This document shows positions 55,253-64,000 of a stretch of 64,000 nucleotides of DNA, piece by piece. The DNA comes from Macrostomum lignano (Eukaryota), in contig NIVC01002405.1 of NCBI GenBank assembly GCA_002269645.1, positions 1-64,000 on the forward strand. Reading direction: 5' to 3'. A program made the position numbers and the translations under genes. The notes below the pieces were generated by a model that worked only from the letters and a program-made list of their open reading frames with translations, was not told the DNA's origin and did no database searches. Positions within the stretch are counted from its first letter, which is position 1. Every line of letters begins with the position of its first letter.

Positions 55253-55732
55253 GCTCGCAGTGCGGTCACATGCCGGCGGCCATCTTCCCTGTCAGGCGTC
55301 GCTGCCGACCCCAGCAAACCGGAGGGCCCCTCAGTCAGCTGACTGTCGACAAAGCAACAACTGGTCGGAACTCTTCAGCGCCCCTTTCTTTGAGTTGGCT
55401 GAGTTTTGAGTTCGGCAATTGAAGACCGCGCCTCAGTAGGTTGCTGGTTGCTACCCGAAGTTGGGAGATGAAGCCCCGGCAGCCGGGCGCCCGGACTGAA
55501 AGCTTCAAGACTGCAGAAATTTCATTGGCGGAGCCGGACAGCCAGTGACGGAGTGGGGGGGGGGGTTGCAGCTCGCCCGCCAGATTTCGCGCCTTGCATA
55601 GTGCGAATTCTGACTGCTCTGTTTTTGATAGTGCGACTGACCTGTTCAAACCTCTGCGGCTTCGCAAAAAATTGCTGGCCACTCTGGTGCAAAATGGGGT
55701 CTGATTTCTGGCTGCATTCCATTCTGTACCGC

Positions 55733-56947
55733 TCTATTCCTGCATCCGTGATAGGCTAGATTAGCAATCCATTCTATTCCTGCATCCGTGATAGGCTAGA
55801 TTAGCAATCCATTCTATTCCTGCATCCGTGATAGGCTAGATTAGCAATCCATTCTATTCCTGCACCCATGATAGGCTAGATTAGCAATCCATTCTATTCC
55901 TGCATCCGTGATAGGCTAGATTAGCAATCCATTCTATTCCTGCACCCATGATAGGCTAGATTAGCAATCCATTCTATTCCAGCATCCGTGATAGGCTAGA
56001 TTAGCAATCCATTCTATTCCTGCACCCATGATAGGCTAGATTAGCAATCCATTCTATTCCTGCACCCATGATAGGCTAGATTAGCAATCCATTCTATTCC
56101 TGCATCCATGATAGGCTAGATTAGCAATCCATTCTATTCCAGCATCCGTGATAGGCTTGATTAGCAATCCATTCTATTCCTGCACCCATGATAGGCTAGA
56201 TTAGCAATCCATTCTATTCCTGCATCCATGATAGGCTAGATTAGCAATCCATTCTATTCCAGCACCCATGATAGGCTAGATTAGCAATCCATTCTATTCC
56301 TGCACCCATGATAGGCTAGATTAGCAATCCATTCTATTCCTGCACCCATGATAGGCTAGATTAGCAATCCATTCTATTCCAGCACCCATGATAGGCTAGA
56401 TTAGCAATCCATTCTATTCCTGCACACATGATAGGCTAGATTAGCAATCCATTCTATTCCTGCACCCGTGATAGGCTAGATTAGCAATCCATTCTATTCC
56501 TGCACCCATGATAGGCTAGATTAGCAATCCATTCTATTCCTGCATCCATGACTGGCTAGATTAGCAATCCATTCTATTCCTGCACCCATGATGGGCTAGA
56601 TTAGCTATCCATGACTGGCTAGATTAGCAATACCCATGACTGGCTAGATTAGCAATCCATGGCTGGCTAGATTAGCAATCCATTCTATTCCTGCACCCAT
56701 GATGGGCTAGATTAGCAATCCATTCTATTCCTGCACCCGTGATAGGCTAGATTAGCAATCCATTCTATTCCTGCACCCATGATGGGCTAGATTAGCAACC
56801 CATGGCTGGCTAGATTAGCAATACCCATGACTGGCTAGATTAGCAATCCATGGCTGGCTAGATTAGCAATACCCATGACTGGCTAGATTAGCAATACCCA
56901 TGACTGGCTAGATTAGCAATACCCATGACTGGCTAGATTAGCAATCC
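55733..56947 (-). repeat. 40-bp satellite array C (same unit as A, inverted), upstream of the arrestin ATG exon
   Basis: About 30 units, with shortened ~21-nt derivatives at the right end. Confidence 0.97.
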
Positions 56948-58015
56948 ACCCTACCCCTGTGCTACTCGGACAGGCAATTCCCCACCAAAATCGAATTCAT
57001 CAACTCGAGCCGCAGTGCCACTCAACTCTGTCAGCTGCACATTTGTACCCGGGCGAGGAGTGGAAAAGCAAGTTTACAGGAACAGAAATGGAGTCTCAAC
57101 ATCGGTTAATTCGTTACACTCCGCTCCTGAGCGGGGAGGCGGAGAAGCGGAGCTGCTTCTAATCAATCGAGTTTGCCCGTTTCAGTCAGGCAAGAAAAAT
57201 TTCTTCTTCTGTCTGCTGTCTGCAGCAACGTCTCCCCTCGATGACCAAGAGAATCGCCGGGATCGCACGCGATCTCCGGGGTCACGCGGGCCCGCTGGCT
57301 CCCAGCACCGGTGCTCGCCAAATGCGCGGCGGGATTTTGCGGCTCAGAAAAATCAAGACTCAAGAAATAAGAGAACGACTGCACGCAGAGGATGCGGCCC
57401 GCCGGCCGAGCAGGGGAGGCTGGGCAGAAGAGAAACATCCCGGCCCCCGGTGTTCTATACACACTCCAGAGATTCCGCCACGGGGCAGGGTGTGAGGGGA
57501 GACAGGCTTGAGTAGTGTGAGCTGAGTTGAGAAGCATGGAGCGCATCGATCCCGGGCTAGCTGGGCTGGGTTAGCAGCATCCAGAGCCAGTGCAGGCCGC
57601 ATTTGCAGAAATGCGATATAGTTACAGTTCAAAGCCTCGGTTATACGAGTATACTGTACAAGAAATAGTTGTCGGGAAACCGGGGCAACACGGAGTGATT
57701 GGGGGCTCTGCTTTGGGAAGTGAGTCGTCGGTACGGAAATCGTCAAGCATTTTGAGTCTGCAAATATTGCTTTGTTATTGTTGTGCGCTTGTTAAAATCT
57801 GGAGTCAACTTTTAATAAACAGTGTTATTTATTTCAGTAGGAGTGTCAGATATGTACTCTTATGTGGCAAAATATAGCGTTTGGAATCGGTGCTCATGTC
57901 TGCTGTTCAAGTTTCATTGATCCCTAATTATCTTCTGAGGTTTTGTTGCGATTTCGGTTAGTCGGGTGCTTAAATAATTATATAAAAACTCGTGCTAATG
58001 AGCTGTTGTGGGAGG

Positions 58016-60947
58016 TCAGATCTCCTCCCAGTCCTCCACCGTGCACAGCGCGCAATGCAGCGAGACTCCGATTGGTTGGCCGTCTTGGCCAATCAGAGCC
58101 GCTTCCTGGCCGGTGGGCGCCGCCGACTCGCCGATGCTGACCTGGCCGACCTGGGACTTGGTGTAGGACCCCACTGCGCTGTAGTACACCTGCGGTGGTA
58201 TAGTCGGTTGATAGACTGACAGCTTGAACTACCGAGAGGAGTTCTGTACAGGACTTGTACAAGCATGAGGCATCGGGTTCTGTACTGGACTTGCACTAGC
58301 ATGAGTCATCGGGTCCTGTACAGGACTTGCACTATCATGAGTCATCGGGTTCTGTACTGAACTTGCACTAGCATGAGTCATCGGGTTCTGTACTGAACTT
58401 GCACTAGCATGAGTCATCGGGTTCTGTACTGGACTTGCACTAGCATGAGGCATCGGGTTCTGTACTGGACTTGCACTAGCATGAGTCATCGGGTTCTGTA
58501 CTGGACTTGCACTAGCATGAGTCATCGGGTTCTGTACTGGACTTGCACTAGCATGAGGCATCGGGTTCTGTACTGGACTTGCACTAGCATGAGGCATCGG
58601 GTTCTGTACTGGACTTGCACTAGCATGAGGCATCGGGTTCTGTACTGAATTTGTACTAGCATGAGGCATCAGGTCCTGTACTGAATTTGTACTAGCCTGA
58701 GGCATCAGGTCCTGTACAGGACTTGCACTATCATGAGTCATCGGGTTCTGTACTGAACTTGCACTAGCATGAGTCATCGGGTTCTGTACTGAACTTGCAC
58801 TAGCATGAGTCATCGGGTTCTGTACTGGACTTGCACTAGCATGAGGCATCGGGTTCTGTACTGGACTTGCACTAGCATGAGTCATCGGGTTCTGTACTGG
58901 ACTTGCACTAGCATGAGTCATCGGGTTCTGTACTGGACTTGCACTAGCATGAGTCATCGGGTTCTGTACTGGACTTGCACTAGCATGAGGCATCGGGTTC
59001 TGTACTGGACTTGCACTAGCATGAGTCATCGGGTTCTGTACTGGACTTGCACTAGCATGAGTCATCGGGTTCTGTACTGGACTTGCACTAGCATGAGTCA
59101 TCGGGTTCTGTACTGGACTTGCACTAGCATGAGTCATCGGGTTCTGTACTGGACTTGCACTAGCATGAGGCATCGGGTTCTGTACTGAACTTGCACTAGC
59201 ATGAGTCATCGGGTTCTGTACTGGACTTGCACTAGCATGAGGCATCGGGTTCTGTACTGAACTTGCACTAGCATGAGTCATCGGGTTCTGTACTGAACTT
59301 GCACTAGCATGAGTCATCGGGTTCTGTACTGAACTTGCACTAGCATGAGTCATCGGGTTCTGTACTGAACTTGCACTAGCATGAGTCATCGGGTTCTGTA
59401 CTGAACTTGCACTAGCATAAGGCATCGGGTTCTGACCTTGTGCATGCCAAAGGCTTTTTTCAAGAGGTAGCCGTATAACCTAATGGTAAATCATTTGCCT
59501 GATCGATTCCGTAATTTTTAATTTGTGTTTATTCAACTTAAAATTTGTTCTATTACCTCAAGAGAAAAACTGGAAAAAACCCTCTCTACCTTTAAGATCG
59601 TCTTTAAGAGGACAAAACAGTGCAGCAGATCCTCAGTTGAGTTCATCTGAAGCCGGCTTTTCAAAATAATTTTCTATTATAATAATTAATATGAATTGAT
59701 TGCACCTACCCCGCTCTAATGGGCAGATGTGCAACCGACAGCTCAGCTATTGCGCAACGCATCTAAAGACTGCTCAGTCCAAGGACTGGGGGGTCGCCAC
59801 ACACCCTCGATTGCCCCAGCTAATGCTAGCACCCATTTTACAGCTGGTTGAACAAAGGACACAAATTGTTTGGAGTTGATCGAGAATCGAACCCCCGACC
59901 TTTCACTCGTGAGTCCAATGCTCTAACCACTAGGCTGCAAACCCTTTGAAGTTACTGCTGTAACTTCTTTAGTTTGGGTGCTGCGAGTACCGGAGTGAGT
60001 AGTGCTGTCATGCTCCCGCCGAGTCCATTGAGTCCCCAGCCTCCCAGCTGGACAAAGGCGAAGGAATTCCCAGAGGATCAACGTCGCCCACCCACCTGCC
60101 CAGGCAAACACACCTGTGCATACGGGCATAGGTAGGTTAACTGCTTTTTAGCAGCTATGATGGAAGGAGCTTTGAATACTTTTAGGCCGGCATTTCCCAC
60201 CGCTGAACAATTTGTGGTGTCGAGAGCAGCTGCCGCCACACTGGCCCCGATGCCCCGGCGGAGGCGCAGAGAAAAGCCTACAGACTTCCCCCGCAGAGCC
60301 AGCCGGTTCTGCAGTTGTAGGAAACTGCGCTAAGGCAAGAAAGCTGAAAGAAAACGAAGGGACAAGACGTTTCTCTCGTCCTGGAAGACGAGAAATTGCT
60401 GGACCGTTTTTAGGCAGAGAATTTCTGGGGGGGGGGGTGGAAGAGCGACAGAAGAAGGCAGGCAGCGCCGCAACGCAGCAAGGAGAGGCCGCGCCCGCCC
60501 GCCCTCCAAGCCTTCAGTGTGGAACGTGAGACCCGTCAGCTGCCGGGAGGGCAAAATCAATGAAAAATGCAGCGCTGGAGCGGAGGCAGAGAGGCCAGAA
60601 ACAGCGGGCCGGTGCGTGGAGGAGACAGGGGGATCGCAGGCCGCCCGACCGCAGAACCGGAGCGGAGCAGCAGGGGACGGCCGGGAAGGAGGTTCTCAAG
60701 CACCCTCGCTTTACGTTGGAGGGGGAGGCAACTTGGGCGTGAGGGCCGCTGGGCAGAGTCGGTTGAGCAGTTTGCGAATTAGGCAAATCAAGTGGTTGGA
60801 TTAGCGCTGCCTGTTACTGCCTGTGCAGCCCCCCCCCCTAATTACAAGGCCTGGCTGGACCTTCCAATTTGATTTTTCTGGGTCGGAGACTCCTTGGAGT
60901 CCGAGGACTCACGCCTCTTTCTCTCTCTTTTTTTTTCTTTCTCCGTT

Positions 60948-61002
<55 letters not shown>

Positions 61003-63696
61003 CTGTTTTGTGCCGCCAAGCAACTCGGGGGCAATCACGGGGCCTGCTGGCAGGGTGGCAAAGGGTTTGGGGGAATCGCTTCCGGCTTGTTAGACGGCTC
61101 GGTTCGCTGCGCGCTCGGCCCTGGGCCTGCCGATTCCACTTCGACAATCAATGCTCTGACTGGGGCTGAGCACTGTGCTCAAAATAGCCTAGTAGGGTCT
61201 GTGCAAAGGATGACTACTCATTCAGTAGTACGTTTGGATATGCTCTGAATATGACTAATGCATCCATTTGCTACCCAAAGCAACAAACCTCTGATATACA
61301 AGCTAAGGGCTTCAATATTATCTTGCGTAAATTTCACACAGTACTTTACTGGTTATGCGGAGTTAAAATTGTTTTTTTTCAGATTCTCTTTAGCACATTC
61401 CACAAAATTAAGGGTTTCAGGACTCTCCTACGTACATTCTGCACTTTTTTGTTTCGCCCTCCACGTCGTGCCCAGCATGCCACCCCCGTGGAGGCCCCTC
61501 CTCACTTTTATAAGTCCGTTTTATACACGAGTCACCCTCAGCGCTCACTGATTGGTTGTCGTTTCTCTCCTGCTGCAGGCCTGCTCGCCTGCTGCTATTG
61601 GCTCTGCATAGCCTTGTCCAATAAACACAATCCTGAGTGATTGAGCCCCCACCTCCAGACCCCAGTAGGTCTGCGCTGATTGGCTGACGTCTAATCCTGT
61701 CTCTGCTCCGCTTGCCTTGCCCCTCTCTGTGACTTCTTATTGGCTACTGGCTCCGGTAAGCAGCCGGCATCTGCACTAATAATCTTCACATCACATCAAA
61801 GCATCGGTGAACACTGTAATCTGCGACCCTGCCATCTCACATCAATGTTCACCGGCTCGCCCAGCTTGTATCGATGGATGAGCAGTCGAAGGTCCGTCTC
61901 AAACGTGTCGCCCTGCTCCGGCTCGGCATAATAGTACCGACTGTACCAGTCCGAGATGCTGGAGTTCGGGCAGGCCACCCGCAGCTTGATCTTCACCTCC
62001 GCTGGCGGGCACTTCAGCCAGGCCGCCACCCCCGTCACCCGCTGCACCACCAGGCGGGACACCGACTTGTGGCTCCGGGCCCGGCAGCCCGACCCCTGCG
62101 TCCTTGACGACGTCAGAGGGCTGCAACAGTGAGGGTGGACTGACTGACTGACTGACTGACTGACTGACTGACTGACTGACTGACTGACTGACTGACTGAC
62201 TGACTGACTGACTGACTGACTGACTGACTGACTGACTGACTTACCTGAGCTGGAACTTCAGCCGGCTGAAGGCCCTGATGGTGAAATCGACCTCAGCATC
62301 GCCGAACTGCGGCAGCAGCACGTAGCTCCCAGGCGGCAGGCTGGCCCCCAGGGTGATCACCGCCCGGCGCTCCATCGCCGCTCGCGCCACCAGCCGCGCG
62401 GACGGCGGCCCGGCACCCAATGGCAGGCGGGTGTTGCGGTTGTCCTCAGCCCGCAGCAGCTCCAGGCCCATGGGCGCCAGCAGGTCGGGTCTGCAGGCCG
62501 CCTCCGGCCCGCCCTGCTCCAGACAGACCGTCACCGTCTGGAAGCCGTCGCCGCGGACGCGCAAGAGGTACTGCGGCTCAGTTGGCGGATTGCCGGCGCC
62601 CCGGCGGCCCTCCAGGCAGACTCGCTTCCAGTTGCGGCTTCCGTCGGGAGCCAGGCTCATGTCCAGGTCGCTGAACCTGGCCATCGCGTCCGTGAGGCTG
62701 ATCCTGGAGTGTCCGGGACATGCAGCTTTTCAGTGTAACACAGATACAGGTGTCAACATGCAGCCATTGACAGTGTACATCAGAACATGCAGCCATTCCC
62801 AGTGTACATTAAAACATGCAGCCATTCCCAGTGTACATCAGAACATGCAGCCATTCCCAGTGTACATCAAAACATGCAGCCATTCCCAGTGTACATCAGA
62901 ACATGCAGCCATTCCCAGTGTACATCAAAACATGCAGCCATTCGCAGTGTACATCAGAACATGCAGCCATTCCCAGTGTACATTAAAACATGCAGCCATT
63001 CCCAGTGTACATTAAAACATGCAGCCATTCCCAGTGTACATCAGAACATGCAGCCATTCCCAGTGTACATCAAAACATGCAGCCATTCCCAGTGTACATC
63101 AGAACATGCAGCCATTACCAGTGTACATCAGAACATGCAGCCATTCCCAGAGTACAACAGAACATGCAGCCATTCCCAGTGTACATCAAAAACAGATGCA
63201 GCCATTCCCAGTGTAAATCGTCATGTACATAAGAAAACCCAGCTATTTTATTATTATAATACCAAAAAAACTACTTTTGCTACTAAAAAACAGTAGCTAG
63301 GTGAGCATGTTGCAAATGACATCTATTAGTTATTCCAGTCTCCGGCACTCACCAAAAAACGCAGTCATCTTTAAACCAGTGATTCACCCGGCTGGCCGAT
63401 TCAATGTCGAGCTGGCCCCACTCGGGCCCGCTGAAAGGGAATATTTTTGGCGGATGTCAGGCACTGACGTGTGAATAAAATGATCCCGGGGTTGCGATGA
63501 GAAGCCAGTCTCACCCGTCACGCCACGGCCCTTTCCACTCGCTGTTGTCATGAAAATGCGCCGTCTGCAGCTTGAGCAGCCACACTGGTGACCCGTCCTT
63601 CAGCCGCACCTGCTGCACATCGCTGAGCAGGTAGCCCCGGCCATAGACTAAATTATCCGCTGTGTAGTCGCCCGTCCGCCTGCCTTTGCCCTCGGG
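58016..63696 (-). CDS. Calpain-5/TRA-3-type non-classical calpain (protease core C-half + domain III + C2), 3' part only; catalytic His and Asn substituted
   Basis: Exons 63696-63515, 63430-63353, 62703-62245, 62120-61841, 58189-58016 (1173 nt, phases compatible, all GT-AG). NLVYGRGYLLSDVQQVRL...LLKLQTAH...EWKGPWRDG...EW...DDCVFWISL aligns to the calpain core. Domain III has EPQYLL and LPPGSYVLLP. A C2-like tail (LIHRYKLGEPVNIDVY) ends at TGA. The 5' exons lie beyond the window. Confidence 0.85.
58240..59435. repeat. 36-bp minisatellite (GCATGAGTCATCGGGTTCTGTACTGGACTTGCACTA)n in the last calpain intron
   Basis: About 33 units. Confidence 0.97.
59770..59936 (-). mobile_element. tRNA-derived SINE, family 1, copy 2 (internally deleted)
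   Basis: TAGTGGTTAGAGC (A box) ... GGTTCGATTCTC (B box). Shares the CAGCTGTAAAATGGGTGCTAGCATTAGCTGGGG body with the copy at 34250-34462. Confidence 0.75.
60910..61000. repeat. (CT)n / T-rich microsatellite
   Basis: Dinucleotide run. Confidence 0.95.
62138..62240. repeat. (GACT)n microsatellite forming most of a 124-nt calpain intron
   Basis: On the sense strand GTAAGT(CAGT)n directly continues the donor. Confidence 0.98.
62757..63212. repeat. About 29-bp minisatellite (AACATGCAGCCATTCCCAGTGTACATCAG)n in a calpain intron
   Basis: About 15 units. Confidence 0.95.
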
Positions 63697-63726
63697 CTGA
63701 ATAATGAAGCAAAATGGCGATGGTCT

Positions 63727-64000
63727 GCGTCAGCTATGCGTCAGCTATGCGTCAGCTATGCGTCAGCTATGCGTCAGCTATGCGTCAGCTATGCGTCAGC
63801 TATGCGTCAGCTATGCGTCAGCTATGCGTCAGCTATGCGTCAGCTATGCGTCAGCTATGCGTCAGCTATGCGTCAGCTATGCGTCAGCTATGCGTCAGCT
63901 ATGCGTCAGCTATGCGTCAGCTATGCGTCAGCTATGCGTCAGCTATGCGTCAGCTATGCGTCAGCTATGCGTCAGCTATGCGTCAGCTATGCGTCAGCTA
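63727..64000. repeat. 11-bp minisatellite (GCGTCAGCTAT)n, runs off the window
   Basis: About 25 perfect units, ending about 30 nt from the calpain exon acceptor. Confidence 0.97.

Noticed and set aside
53286-55342. Many 140-490-aa ORFs (MALPCTPW.../MGCRGAPW...)
   Set aside because: Products of the 20-bp array inside the arrestin intron.
58229-59425. 398-aa (MTHASASPVQNP)n ORF on the calpain sense strand as an alternative mucin-like last exon
   Set aside because: The nearest acceptor (cacaag/GT) is phase 1 while the calpain donor at 61840 is phase 0; a 36-bp unit keeps a frame open trivially; the true last exon is at 58189-58016.

Overview
Eukaryotic (animal) genomic DNA. The short introns, GC-rich exons, (CTGT)n tracts and intron-filling minisatellites suggest a free-living flatworm such as Macrostomum; this is inference only. 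By hand-splicing I could build nine protein-coding gene models, and all spliced ones sum to whole codons. They are: a single-exon PY-motif membrane protein (+), an 11-exon soluble guanylate cyclase (H-NOX/H-NOBA/cyclase, -), ETFBKMT/METTL20 (-), MRPS18C (+), two tandem CRAL-TRIO/Sec14 paralogues (-), a TSP-less ADAMTS-like M12B metalloprotease (+), an alpha-arrestin (-), and the 3' part of a calpain-5/TRA-3-type gene (-) whose catalytic His and Asn are substituted. Also present: one tRNA-Gln(CTG), an intact mariner transposon, a fossil mariner split by a solo LTR, MULE-like and hAT-like non-autonomous elements, two tRNA-derived SINE families and many tandem arrays. Most entries in the ORF track are repeat read-throughs. 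I see no prokaryote-type system and no CRISPR array. The best leads are the pseudo-calpain, the unusual heme pocket plus CaaX of the cyclase, inverted 40-bp arrays bracketing an alpha-arrestin exon, a phase-compatible micro-exon chain, and exon-restricted homogenisation between the CRAL-TRIO paralogues.
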